From: Lachnospiraceae bacterium
GTDB lineage: Bacteria > Bacillota > Clostridia > Lachnospirales > Lachnospiraceae
Direction: 5' to 3'
DNA length: 64,000 bases
Assembly: GCA_017520425.1 (NCBI GenBank)
Contig: JAFXFO010000033.1
Location: forward strand, 7,257 to 71,256
Shown here: one piece after another, positions 1 through 9,021 of the stretch
Position numbering within the stretch: the stretch's first letter is position 1
Layout of the letters: every line of letters starts with the position of its first letter
Notes under the pieces: generated by a model
The model's database searches: none
The model's input: the letters and a program-made list of their open reading frames with translations, nothing else
Told to the model about the DNA's origin: nothing
Program-made: the position numbers and the translations under genes

Positions 1-336
1 TTCGTTATTTAAGTTTTTGGCATAAGTGAAACAATCAATAAAAGTTTTTTTTAATTTTTTCCCCGAAAAAATCTTTAATCTATTCAATATTATCAATGCT
101 CCGGGCCAATTTAAGTCTTGTAACCATTCTAAAAGACTATCCAGATATGGTTCTAAAACTGTATCAGTTTTTTCACTCAAAACTTGTGCACAACATTCCC
201 AAACAGATGGTGCCGCAGGTGGAAGAATTAACAAAGATAAATCCTCAATTTCTTTTGCTAAACTAATTCCCTCTGCTCGTGTTTCATTATTATTTTCCCA
301 ATTTAGCATTTTGTAGATATTTTGTATATCATTCAT
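1..336 (-). CDS. DUF5071-like protein, putative immunity protein of the upstream RHS toxin (3' end runs off the window)
   Basis: Not in ORF track. Manual translation from ATG at 336-334 is open to position 1 (112 codons): MNDIQNIYKMLNWENNNETRAEGISLAKEIEDLSLLILPPAAPSVWECCAQVLSEKTDTVLEPYLDSLLEWLQDLNWPGALIILNRLKIFSGKKLKKTFIDCFTYAKNLNNE. WLQDLNWPG is the motif I recall for DUF5071; the start lies 1 bp after the RHS stop. Confidence 0.8.
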   Translation of the reverse strand, partial: MNDIQNIYKMLNWENNNETRAEGISLAKEIEDLSLLILPPAAPSVWECCAQVLSEKTDTVLEPYLDSLLEWLQDLNWPGALIILNRLKIFSGKKLKKTFIDCFTYAKNLNNE

Positions 337-337
337 G

Positions 338-1732
338 TCAATTTCCTCCATTCCACTTTACTACGACTGATTTAACAGCTGTTGTCCATACTGATGAGGA
401 ACCGGCATTGTGCCAATCCTCCAAAGTTCCGCCAAGGGGATGAACACTGACATGACCTGCACCGTCGTAAACAGCATATACCACTCCAGTTGCATTCAAT
501 GCTTCTATTGTAGTCATTGCCGCACCTGGTTTCGGCACTGTGGAAAAAGAAAGCCCTTTTCTAGTGATTGGGTATAAATCGACATCACGTTGACTAGGTG
601 TTAAATTTCCTGGATTAGTGCCCCCATATCTATAAATGACGGTAGGAGATGGCGGTGGAACTGTAATATCTTTTTCTTTTGTTTCTGCTTTTGGAATAGA
701 GATAGATGGAGCTTGTGCTGCTTGATAAACTCCGTATCCTATTGCACCTACTGTTAGCAAAGTTGCTCCAGCAAGACCAACAATATCACCAAAAGGTAAA
801 GGTCCATCGCTCAAAGTGGCTCCACCACACCCAGCGTAAGCGGGAGACATAAGCTCCATAGTCTTTCCAATTTCGGTAACCGCTGTTTTTGCAAATCCCC
901 AAATTTCACTCCACAATTGTCCTGTTGGATCCACTCTGTTCACCGGATTATTCCCACAATACGCAAACATATTGTAGCCCATGATGCCCTGGCCTGTGGA
1001 TACATAGCTGTCCGCGTTGATAAACCTGCCAAGCTTCGGGTCATAGTATCTGCTGTTCAAATAGTAGAACCCGGTTTCCCGGTCGTAGTAATATCCTCTG
1101 TAACGTAAGGGATTGGCTTCTGCCATGGTTCCCGTGGCGCTTACGATATTACCGAAGGGGTCATATTCGTAGGAAGCCACAGTGGCTCCGGTACTGTCTA
1201 TCATGCGGATGACATCACCCTGAGCATTTAACAGGTAGTAGAAGATGGTACCGTTGTATTGTAAGGCGTAGGGGCGACCGTTCATGTCATAGTGGAAGTA
1301 CATGATGGTGCCTGCACTGTGAATGCCCGTATTGCCGGATACACACTCCTGTAAAGGCCTTCCATCCTCCCAGATATAGGTATGGGATACATCCCCCACA
1401 CGCTTCACGCTTCTGGTGCCATCCACATCGTAGGTATAGGTGATGGTGGTGCCGTCGGATGCCACGGCTGACATTAACTTCCCGCCGTCCGCCCAGCTGA
1501 AGCTCCAGTGACTGCCGTTATAATAAGTCAAAGGATTTCCCGAACCATCATAGGTGTAGGAGAAGCTTAAACCTGCCCCTGCCTGAGCATAGGTCATGCT
1601 TCCTATCTGTCCCGTGGTCCGGTTACTGTCTCCCGGGTAGTCCCGATAGGTATAGGTATAACTGTACACACCATTTCCTACAGTGCTTACCCTGCGTAGG
1701 TGATCATATCCGATGCTGAGGGAATGGTCCAC
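338..1732 (-). CDS. RHS repeat-associated core protein with C-terminal toxin domain, N-terminally truncated (orphan-type module)
   Basis: YD-type repeats, RHS core PLRYRGYYYDRETGFYYLNSRYYDPKLGRF and boundary NMFAYCGNNPVNRVDPTG, then a 193-aa variable tip. GTG start without SD; frame closes at 1751. Confidence 0.9.
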   Translation of the reverse strand: MDHSLSIGYDHLRRVSTVGNGVYSYTYTYRDYPGDSNRTTGQIGSMTYAQAGAGLSFSYTYDGSGNPLTYYNGSHWSFSWADGGKLMSAVASDGTTITYTYDVDGTRSVKRVGDVSHTYIWEDGRPLQECVSGNTGIHSAGTIMYFHYDMNGRPYALQYNGTIFYYLLNAQGDVIRMIDSTGATVASYEYDPFGNIVSATGTMAEANPLRYRGYYYDRETGFYYLNSRYYDPKLGRFINADSYVSTGQGIMGYNMFAYCGNNPVNRVDPTGQLWSEIWGFAKTAVTEIGKTMELMSPAYAGCGGATLSDGPLPFGDIVGLAGATLLTVGAIGYGVYQAAQAPSISIPKAETKEKDITVPPPSPTVIYRYGGTNPGNLTPSQRDVDLYPITRKGLSFSTVPKPGAAMTTIEALNATGVVYAVYDGAGHVSVHPLGGTLEDWHNAGSSSVWTTAVKSVVVKWNGGN

Positions 1733-1752
1733 TAGTAAATATTTGTAATTTT

Positions 1753-1781
1753 ATTTTATCCCCTTATATTACCGTTTGTCA
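1753..1781 (-). promoter_or_regulatory. sigma-A-type promoter pointing into the RHS fragment
   Basis: Minus strand TTGACA (1781-1776), 17 bp, TAAAAT (1758-1753). Confidence 0.7.
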
Positions 1782-1812
1782 ATATGTCTAGTTGCTTCGT
1801 CGTCTGTGTTAT

Positions 1813-1846
1813 AAAAAACCACTACAGATTTCTCCATAGTGGTTTT
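1813..1846 (-). terminator. Intrinsic terminator of pnp
   Basis: Inverted repeat AAAACCACTA/TAGTGGTTTT with U-tract on minus strand just after the pnp stop. Confidence 0.8.
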
Positions 1847-1857
1847 AACAGCACTTC

Positions 1858-3948
1858 TTATGCCTGAGCAACATCCTTCATAGAGAAGCTGATTCTGCCC
1901 ATCTTGTCCTTACCTAAGCATACAACAGTTACCTTGTCGCCTAAGGTAAGTACATCTTCTACATGGTTGATTCTTTCCTTTGCAATCTTGGAAATATGAA
2001 CCATACCTTCCTTGCCGGGTGCAAACTCAATGAATGCACCGAATTCCTTGATACTTACAACAGTACCCTTGAAAATCTGGCCTTCTTCGAACTCGGTAGT
2101 GATGATCTTAATCATTTCTACTGCCTTGTCCATCATATCCTTATCGGTACCGCATACGGATACCTTACCATCATCGGTAATGTCAATCTTAACGCCGGTA
2201 CGTGCAATAATCTCGTTAATGGTCTTACCACGCTGTCCAACCACTTCACCAATCTTCTCAGGATCAATCTGGATGGAGATAATCTTAGGAGCGTAAGGTC
2301 CAACTTCCGGACGGGGAGCTGCGATAGCTGGCTTCATACAGGTATCCATGATAAAGAGTCTTGCTTCACGACATCTTGCAATAGCACCCTCTACGATTTC
2401 TCTGGTCAAACCATGAATCTTAATATCCATCTGGATAGCAGTAATACCATCGGTAGTACCGGTTACCTTAAAGTCCATATCACCGAAGAAGTCTTCCAGA
2501 CCCTGAATATCGGTTAATAATACGAAATCGTCATCGGTTTCTCCTGTTACCAGACCACAGGAAATACCTGCAACCATCTTCTTAATAGGCACACCTGCAG
2601 CCATTAATGACATACAGGAAGAACAGGTAGATGCCATAGAGGTAGAACCGTTTGATTCAAAGGTTTCAGATACGGTACGGATTGCATAAGGGAATTCCTC
2701 TTCACTGGGAAGTACGGGAACCAATGCCTTTTCTGCCAATGCACCATGTCCGATTTCACGACGTCCGGGTCCTCTGGAAACCTTGGTTTCACCTACGGAG
2801 TAGCTGGGGAAGTTGTAGTGATGCATATATCTCTTGGATACTTCGTTCTCATCCAAACCATCCAGCTTCTGCTGCTCTGATAAAGGAGCCAGAGTAGTAA
2901 TGTTACAAATCTGAGTCTGTCCACGGGTAAACATAGCAGAACCATGTACACGAGGAATAATATCAACTTCTGCAGATAACTTACGAATCTGATCAATCTT
3001 ACGACCGTCGGGACGCTTGTGATCCTTTAAGATCATCTTACGAACGGTCTTCTTCTGATACTGATATACTGCTTCGCCAAGGATTGCCAACCACTCTTCG
3101 TTATCAGCAAATGCCTCTTCCATCTTAGCGGTTACTTCGCGGATGTTTGCCTCACGAACCTGCTTTTCATCAGTGAAAACTGCTTCTTCCATTTCTTCGG
3201 GAGTTACAATCTTCTTCATTTCTTCAAACATTTCAGCAGGAATAGCACAGCTGGTGTATTCATGTTTCGGCTTACCAACTTCAGCTACAATCTTATCAAT
3301 AAACTCGATAATCGTCTGATTTACTTCATGTGCAAGATAGATTGCTTCAATCATCTTTGCTTCAGGTACTTCGTTAGCACCTGCTTCAATCATAATAACC
3401 TTTTCCTTGGTAGATGCAACGGTTAAGTTTAAGTCACCGTTCTTCCACTGTTCCTGGCTGGGGTTGATAACAAATTCGCCATCTACCAAACCAACCTGAG
3501 TCATAGCACAAGGACCGTCAAAAGGAATATCAGAAATACTGGTTGCAATAGCGGCACCAAGCATAGCTACGATTTCGGGACGGCATGAAGGATCAACACT
3601 CATTACCATATTGTTTAAGGTTACATCATTACGATAGTCCTTAGGGAATAAAGGACGCATAGGTCTGTCGATTACACGGCTGGTAAGGATAGCATTCTCA
3701 CTTGCCTTTCCTTCTCTCTTGTTGAATCCTCCGGGAATCTTACCTACAGAATACAGCTTCTCTTCGTATTCTACGCTCAAAGGGAAAAAGTCAATTCCGT
3801 CTCTGGGCTTTTCAGATGCGGTTGCGGTAGAAAGCACGGTGGTCTCACCATACTGCATAAATGCACAACCATTTGCCTGCTTACCTACACGGTTAATATC
3901 TACGCGTAAGGTTCTGCCGGCCAGTTCCATTGTAAAAGTATTATACAT
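1858..3948 (-). CDS. pnp: Polyribonucleotide nucleotidyltransferase (PNPase)
   Basis: RRExGHG, FESNGSTSMAS and DFKVTGT motifs; C-terminal KH and S1 domains; follows rpsO. Confidence 0.99.
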   Translation of the reverse strand: MYNTFTMELAGRTLRVDINRVGKQANGCAFMQYGETTVLSTATASEKPRDGIDFFPLSVEYEEKLYSVGKIPGGFNKREGKASENAILTSRVIDRPMRPLFPKDYRNDVTLNNMVMSVDPSCRPEIVAMLGAAIATSISDIPFDGPCAMTQVGLVDGEFVINPSQEQWKNGDLNLTVASTKEKVIMIEAGANEVPEAKMIEAIYLAHEVNQTIIEFIDKIVAEVGKPKHEYTSCAIPAEMFEEMKKIVTPEEMEEAVFTDEKQVREANIREVTAKMEEAFADNEEWLAILGEAVYQYQKKTVRKMILKDHKRPDGRKIDQIRKLSAEVDIIPRVHGSAMFTRGQTQICNITTLAPLSEQQKLDGLDENEVSKRYMHHYNFPSYSVGETKVSRGPGRREIGHGALAEKALVPVLPSEEEFPYAIRTVSETFESNGSTSMASTCSSCMSLMAAGVPIKKMVAGISCGLVTGETDDDFVLLTDIQGLEDFFGDMDFKVTGTTDGITAIQMDIKIHGLTREIVEGAIARCREARLFIMDTCMKPAIAAPRPEVGPYAPKIISIQIDPEKIGEVVGQRGKTINEIIARTGVKIDITDDGKVSVCGTDKDMMDKAVEMIKIITTEFEEGQIFKGTVVSIKEFGAFIEFAPGKEGMVHISKIAKERINHVEDVLTLGDKVTVVCLGKDKMGRISFSMKDVAQA

Positions 3949-3991
3949 AGCTTCTCCATTCTGCCTTTAAAAGGCTATTTGTTTATTTCAA

Positions 3992-4075
3992 TCGAACAGG
4001 GAGCTACCGAAACTACTGAAAAAAGCACGATATTCATACACTTTTCAGCGGTCTCGGGGGCACCGCCCTATTCGA
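3992..4075 (-). promoter_or_regulatory. Long imperfect hairpin in the pnp 5' leader (candidate RNase III processing stem)
   Basis: Arms TCGAACAGGG..ACCGA..CTGAAAA (3992-4022) and TTTTCAG..TCGG..CCCTATTCGA (4042-4075). Confidence 0.5.
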
Positions 4076-4095
4076 AAGTTACCATTTTACGCACA

Positions 4096-4137
4096 GAAAG
4101 ACGGGGAAGCCAAATCTTTCGGACTTCCGCCGCCTTC
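4096..4137 (-). terminator. Hairpin downstream of rpsO (terminator-like, short U-tract)
   Basis: Minus strand GAAGGCGGCGGAAGUCC...GGCUUCCCCGUCUUUC just after the rpsO stop. Confidence 0.5.
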
Positions 4138-4147
4138 ATCATGTCAA

Positions 4148-4414
4148 TTACTTTCTGATGCCTAACTTCTCGATCAATTCACGATACTTGTTCAGGTCTT
4201 TTCTCTTTAAGTAGTCAAGAAGACCACGTCTCTGACCAACCATCATGTACATACCACGACGTGAATGATGATCCTTAGGGTTGCTCTTCAAATGCTCGGT
4301 AAGCTCAGCGATTCTTGCAGTTAATACTGCGATCTGAACTTCAGGTGAACCGGTGTCACCGGGGCATCTGCCGTACTCGTTAATAATTGCCTGTTTCTTT
4401 TCCTTTGAAATCAT
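4148..4414 (-). CDS. rpsO: 30S ribosomal protein S15
   Basis: [13 protein letters not shown] and DHHSRRG motifs, 88 aa. Confidence 0.99.
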   Translation of the reverse strand: MISKEKKQAIINEYGRCPGDTGSPEVQIAVLTARIAELTEHLKSNPKDHHSRRGMYMMVGQRRGLLDYLKRKDLNKYRELIEKLGIRK

Positions 4415-4500
4415 TTTAGTTTCCTCCTAAATTCTTAATCTCACCTGACACCAAGACCGGGTCGGAGTGTCCCAAGCCTGAGCGTCGGCTAAACCATACT
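4415..4500 (-). ncRNA. Probable S15 autoregulatory leader RNA
   Basis: Structured 5' UTR of rpsO (CCAAG/CUUGG and GACAC/GUGUC stems, CCGACGC core) between promoter and SD; Firmicutes rpsO leaders are known S15-binding RNAs. Confidence 0.55.
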
Positions 4501-4505
4501 TGGCT

Positions 4506-4534
4506 ATTTTATCATACTTTTGTGTAATTGTAAA
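4506..4534 (-). promoter_or_regulatory. sigma-A promoter of rpsO
   Basis: TTTACA-N17-TAAAAT with extended -10 TG. Confidence 0.7.
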
Positions 4535-4551
4535 CACTTTTTTGAATTTTC

Positions 4552-5619
4552 TTAATCCTGCAGGATTCTTACATACTTCACCGGTGTACGGTAATTGTAT
4601 TTGCTAATCTTAATACCGCTCTTAGGGTTACTTGCATGGATTACCTGATTGCCTCCCAGATAAATCGCCACGTGATTGATGGTACCCGAACTATCCGCAT
4701 AGAAGATTAAATCTCCTGCCTGCAATTCATCCTTACTGATTTTGGTACCGCTGTTGGACTGGGATACGGAGTAATGAGGCAACTTCACACCAAATTTCTT
4801 ATAAACGCTAAGTACAAATCCGGAACAGTCAGCGCCCTTGGTCAGGCTGGTTCCGCCCCATACATAAGGATTGCCCACAAACTGCTTTGCATACTCGCAA
4901 AGCTCCACTCTTACGTCAGATACGCCCATACCGTACAAAAGCTCTGTCATGGTAATTGCCGTATCCAGGCTTTCTTCTACATGGGCAAATTCTGCGGAAA
5001 CATAGCCTTCTTCGCTATCCACATATACCTTATACCAGCCGTCCAGTTCTTCCACAAATTCCAGTTCTTCGCCCTTTAATATCTGTGTCATAACTGCACT
5101 GTTCACATCCGCTTCATCTCTTACACGAAGTCCGTCGGTATCGGCAATTACTACCTTATCCACCAACTCATTTGCACGAAGTCTGGCCTCGGGTCCTACC
5201 AACAAAAACTCTGTGCTTACATAGCCTTCCACTTCGCCGGATTTAATATGAGCCCAACCGCTTTCCTTGTCAATATCTAACACCTCACAACCAGCATTCT
5301 TACACATCTTTCCTACCAGCTTACCCTTTGTAGAAGCTTCTGCACGAACGTTCAGATTGCCGGATTCCTGATTGGCAATACCGATATTGGTATATCCCCA
5401 AGATGCTCCAACCGCTTCCTGCGCGATACTTAAATACTCTTCCTGCGTCAAATCCACACTAAACATGGACGCAATTCCCGCCTGCTGCAACACATAATTA
5501 CCACTATTTATTTCCGTAGCGGAAACATCCATAGGTTGCCACAACATCACTGCCGCAACGCCCATCCCCAATATGGAACATATCCCCCTTCTTCTACCTT
5601 CTTTTATCATAAAATACAC
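4552..5619 (-). CDS. Secreted SH3b-domain NlpC/P60 (C40) peptidoglycan endopeptidase
   Basis: N-terminal signal-like segment, two SH3b-like repeats (LNVRAEAS, LRVRDEAD), PYVWGG..DCSGFV and HVAIY..H catalytic motifs. Confidence 0.92.
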   Translation of the reverse strand: MYFMIKEGRRRGICSILGMGVAAVMLWQPMDVSATEINSGNYVLQQAGIASMFSVDLTQEEYLSIAQEAVGASWGYTNIGIANQESGNLNVRAEASTKGKLVGKMCKNAGCEVLDIDKESGWAHIKSGEVEGYVSTEFLLVGPEARLRANELVDKVVIADTDGLRVRDEADVNSAVMTQILKGEELEFVEELDGWYKVYVDSEEGYVSAEFAHVEESLDTAITMTELLYGMGVSDVRVELCEYAKQFVGNPYVWGGTSLTKGADCSGFVLSVYKKFGVKLPHYSVSQSNSGTKISKDELQAGDLIFYADSSGTINHVAIYLGGNQVIHASNPKSGIKISKYNYRTPVKYVRILQD

Positions 5620-5642
5620 CTCAAAATAATCATTACGATTTT

Positions 5643-5659
5643 GTTACAAAAATATTACA
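5643..5659 (-). promoter_or_regulatory. WalR-like direct repeat upstream of the NlpC/P60 gene
   Basis: Minus strand TGTAAT-ATTTT-TGTAAC fits the TGTWAH-N5-TGTWAH consensus. Confidence 0.5.
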
Positions 5660-5669
5660 CCACATTGGC

Positions 5670-5699
5670 ATTATACCAACATGGTGTAACTTATGTCAA
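5670..5699 (-). promoter_or_regulatory. sigma-A promoter of the NlpC/P60 gene, -35 overlapping the ribF stop
   Basis: TTGACA-N18-TATAAT with TG extension. Confidence 0.7.
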
Positions 5700-6625
5700 T
5701 CTATTTTCGATAAATGGTAGTATTTTCCCGCTTCAATATCAGCCGCCATTTGGGTCTTTAATGCCTCCACATCCGCAAAACGCATTTCCGGCCTTCTGTA
5801 GGTTAATAAAGCCACCCTGATTTCCTCACCGTAAATCTCCTCATCAAAATCATAAAGGTAAGTTTCCACCCCTATAATCTTCTCATCCGAGACAGTTGGT
5901 TTACTGCCAATATTGGTAATGGCGGGGTATATTTTTTCTCCCCAATAAACCTGCGAAAAATAAACTCCGTTGGGTGGTAACAGTTTCATTTCAGAGGGAA
6001 TCAGATTCAACGTAGGCATACCTAATTTTCTGCCCAGCGCCTTTCCGTGCAATACACTACCGCTAATCGCATAGGGCACTCCCAAAAGCTTCTGTGCCTG
6101 TTCCATCCTACCCAGCTCTACCTGCTTTCTAACTAAGGAAGAACTGATTTCCTCTCCATCCAGAGTCACTTTTTCAATCAGCGTAAGCCTGTATCCCAGT
6201 TTCTCCGCAAATTCTTCCAGCAACTGTGCATTTCCGGCACCTTTTGCTCCAAAGGATACATCCATCCCTGCCGCAATATATCGCACATGCAAGCCTTCCC
6301 ACAATAATTTCTCCACGAAATCCTGAGGGGTTACGGCTGCATTCTCATAGTTCATGGGATATTCCACCAGCACATCCACGCCCAGCGCCTCCAGTGCCCT
6401 ACGTTTTTCTTCCTTTGTCATCAGCTCCTTACCATCCGCCAGTCCGAAAAACACTGCCGGTGACGGATTAAAGGTAAACACACAGGCCTTCAATCCTTCT
6501 TTTTTAAGCGCCAGAATCTCTTGCAGCAATCTGAGATGCCCCAGATGCAGACCATCAAATTTGCCGATGGCTACCGCAGTCTCTCCATTCAATTGACAAT
6601 TTCTAATGTCTGTAATAATTTCCAA
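5696..6625 (-). CDS. ribF: Bifunctional riboflavin kinase / FAD synthetase
   Basis: GKFDGLHLGH, ISSSLVR, GRKLGMPTLN, NIGSKPTV motifs; follows truB. Confidence 0.97.
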   Translation of the reverse strand: MEIITDIRNCQLNGETAVAIGKFDGLHLGHLRLLQEILALKKEGLKACVFTFNPSPAVFFGLADGKELMTKEEKRRALEALGVDVLVEYPMNYENAAVTPQDFVEKLLWEGLHVRYIAAGMDVSFGAKGAGNAQLLEEFAEKLGYRLTLIEKVTLDGEEISSSLVRKQVELGRMEQAQKLLGVPYAISGSVLHGKALGRKLGMPTLNLIPSEMKLLPPNGVYFSQVYWGEKIYPAITNIGSKPTVSDEKIIGVETYLYDFDEEIYGEEIRVALLTYRRPEMRFADVEALKTQMAADIEAGKYYHLSKID

Positions 6626-6665
6626 TACTACTTCCTCGGTTTTTGAAACCTGACCTTCCTTACGT

Positions 6666-7568
6666 TTATTCCTCTGTCAAAAACATTTTCACAGGCTTAT
6701 AACGCTTCTTTTCCGTTTCATACGTATAGATTCCGTAAAATTTGTTTTTGCCGTAAACCCGCACCCATTCTCCGTCCGGGTACTTTATATTTTCCATAGT
6801 ATGACTCACCAAAATCGGATTTCCATTATCCAAAAGCTTGCAAAACTCTTCTTTTACATGCAAAGCAGGCTTTTCCTCAAATACCCGCTCCACTGCATAA
6901 AGCCTGGTCTCGATACCCACGCTGTCCCGAATCTGCTCCAGTTCTGCCAAAGTAATGGCCTCCTCTTTCCGAAAGATTCCCACCTTGGTACGCTCCAGAC
7001 TCTTCATGGTACCACCGCACCCCAGCTTCGCACCGATATCTGCGCAAAGAGTACGGATATATGTTCCTTTGGAACATGCCACACGGATTCTTACTACCGG
7101 TAGCTGCATATCCAGTATTTCCAACTCATGAATGGTCACCGGTCTGGCCTGACGTTCTACTTCCTTACCGGCCCTGGCCAGCTCGTACAGTTTCTTGCCA
7201 TTTACCTTCAAGGCAGAATACATAGGCGGAACCTGCATGTAATCTCCCAGGAAACTCATAACTGCTTCCCTAACCGCTTGCTCATCCGTTACGGGACTAC
7301 TCTCTCTAAGAATCTGACCGGTAATATCCTGGGTATCAGTTTCCACACCCAAAAGTAATTCTGTTACATATTCTTTTTCTTTATCCGTCAACAAATCACA
7401 GAGCTTGGTTGCGCTTCCCAGACAAACCGGCAACACACCGGTTGCATCCGGATCCAGGGTGCCTGTATGCCCGATTTTCTTTTGCTTACAGATGCCTCTC
7501 ATTTTCGCCACCACGTCATGAGAGGTAAAACCTTTTTCTTTGTATATATTAATAATACCGTTGTACAT
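6666..7568 (-). CDS. truB: tRNA pseudouridine(55) synthase
   Basis: KIGHTGTLDPDATGVL, PPMYSALK, CSKGTYIRTL motifs. Confidence 0.98.
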   Translation of the reverse strand: MYNGIINIYKEKGFTSHDVVAKMRGICKQKKIGHTGTLDPDATGVLPVCLGSATKLCDLLTDKEKEYVTELLLGVETDTQDITGQILRESSPVTDEQAVREAVMSFLGDYMQVPPMYSALKVNGKKLYELARAGKEVERQARPVTIHELEILDMQLPVVRIRVACSKGTYIRTLCADIGAKLGCGGTMKSLERTKVGIFRKEEAITLAELEQIRDSVGIETRLYAVERVFEEKPALHVKEEFCKLLDNGNPILVSHTMENIKYPDGEWVRVYGKNKFYGIYTYETEKKRYKPVKMFLTEE

Positions 7569-7602
7569 ACTTATCCTCTTGCTTATTTATGGGCACACCC
7601 AA

Positions 7603-8577
7603 CTAAATGGCACCGTTTTTCAACAGCTGTTCTTCAATATACTTGGACAAATTATTGACGCAATCGTGGAAGGTGCCCTGCATGGTACAGCCTGCCGCAC
7701 GCATGTGGCCGCCGCCGCCGAAATATCCTGCCACTTCAGCCACATTCACCATTTCATCAGACCGCATGCTTACCTTGAATTCCATATTGCCGATCTCATA
7801 CATGAAAATGGCACAATGGACGCCCTTTATGTTTCTCAGCTGATTTACGATGCCGTCAAAATCCTGACTGGTGGCTCCGTAAAAGTCCATGTGTTTCTTT
7901 TCCATACAGCTTACGATACAGGTTCCATCCATAAAACGGATGCTCTCCATCAAAGCACGGCCCAGCACCTGGGTCTGCAAATAGGTTCTCTGATAAAAGG
8001 TCTCTTCTATCAAACGCGGAAAATCAAAACCATAGCTAATCAGCTTGGCGCCTACTTCCATGGTTTTTTGATTGGTATTGGAATACTGGAATACACCGGT
8101 ATCATGAATGATTCCGGTATAAAGGATCTTAGCCAGTTCCTTATCCAATGCTTCCTCACCCATATCCTCCATAATCAGGTCAAATACCAGCTCACTGGCT
8201 GAACCCACATGGGGCTTTATATAATTCAACTCGCCGGTGCCCTGGTTGCTGATATGATGATCAATATTGATTCGTTTCTTTGCATTCTCAGCATACTTCT
8301 GTGCCTGGCCGGTTCGCTCCATGCCACAATCCATAACGAAGAATACATCAAACATTTCTTCTTCCGGAAAATCCGTCACAATATCCTCGAAACCGCTTAA
8401 TTCACTAAACACAGCCGCCGGTTGCTCCAAATATACTTTTATATAGGTATTCTCCGGCATATATTTCTTTAAATAGCCATATATCCCCAGACAGGAGCTG
8501 ATACAGTCTCCGTCCGGTCTGATATGTCCGCTGATTCCGATTCTGGTAGCATCCTTACATTCTTGTAAAAGCTTCAT
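7603..8577 (-). CDS. nrnA: DHH/DHHA1 oligoribonuclease / pAp phosphatase (NrnA family)
   Basis: HIRPDGD, IDHH, HDTG and GGGGHMRAAG motifs; conserved position between rbfA and truB. Confidence 0.88.
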   Translation of the reverse strand: MKLLQECKDATRIGISGHIRPDGDCISSCLGIYGYLKKYMPENTYIKVYLEQPAAVFSELSGFEDIVTDFPEEEMFDVFFVMDCGMERTGQAQKYAENAKKRINIDHHISNQGTGELNYIKPHVGSASELVFDLIMEDMGEEALDKELAKILYTGIIHDTGVFQYSNTNQKTMEVGAKLISYGFDFPRLIEETFYQRTYLQTQVLGRALMESIRFMDGTCIVSCMEKKHMDFYGATSQDFDGIVNQLRNIKGVHCAIFMYEIGNMEFKVSMRSDEMVNVAEVAGYFGGGGHMRAAGCTMQGTFHDCVNNLSKYIEEQLLKNGAI

Positions 8578-8643
8578 CTGCCATCGCCTTTCTTATACAT
8601 AAAATACACAGACAGCCCCGCACAAAGCGGGGCCCATCTATTA

Positions 8644-9021
8644 TTACTCTTCTTCCTCGTTTCCTTCCTGCGAAGACATTACATCATCAATCTTCTTTGA
8701 CATATTCACGCCATACTCTATGGACTGATCCATAATAAAGGTAATGGCAGGTGTATTACGCAGATTGATTTCCTTAGCCAGCTTAGACTTAATAAAGCCC
8801 TCTGCACTTTTCAACCCCTGATAGGTGGCATTTCTGGCTTCCTCATTGCCCAGTACGCTGATCCATGCCTTGCAGCTCTTCAAATCCGGAGCCACTTCCA
8901 CAGCCACCACACTGGTCAGAGGACTGATGCGGGGATCCTTGATTTCTCCACGGATAATCTCCGCCAGAACCCTCTGCACCTCCCCGTTAATACGGGTATT
9001 TTTAATGCTGTTTTTTCTCAT
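8644..9021 (-). CDS. rbfA: 30S ribosome-binding factor A
   Basis: IKDPRI..VEVAPDLKSCKAWIS..LRNTPAITF pattern; follows infB. Confidence 0.97.
   Translation of the reverse strand: MRKNSIKNTRINGEVQRVLAEIIRGEIKDPRISPLTSVVAVEVAPDLKSCKAWISVLGNEEARNATYQGLKSAEGFIKSKLAKEINLRNTPAITFIMDQSIEYGVNMSKKIDDVMSSQEGNEEEE

Noticed and set aside
26-316. 96-aa + strand ORF
   Set aside because: Antisense shadow of the DUF5071-like minus-strand ORF, which has a family motif and operon logic.
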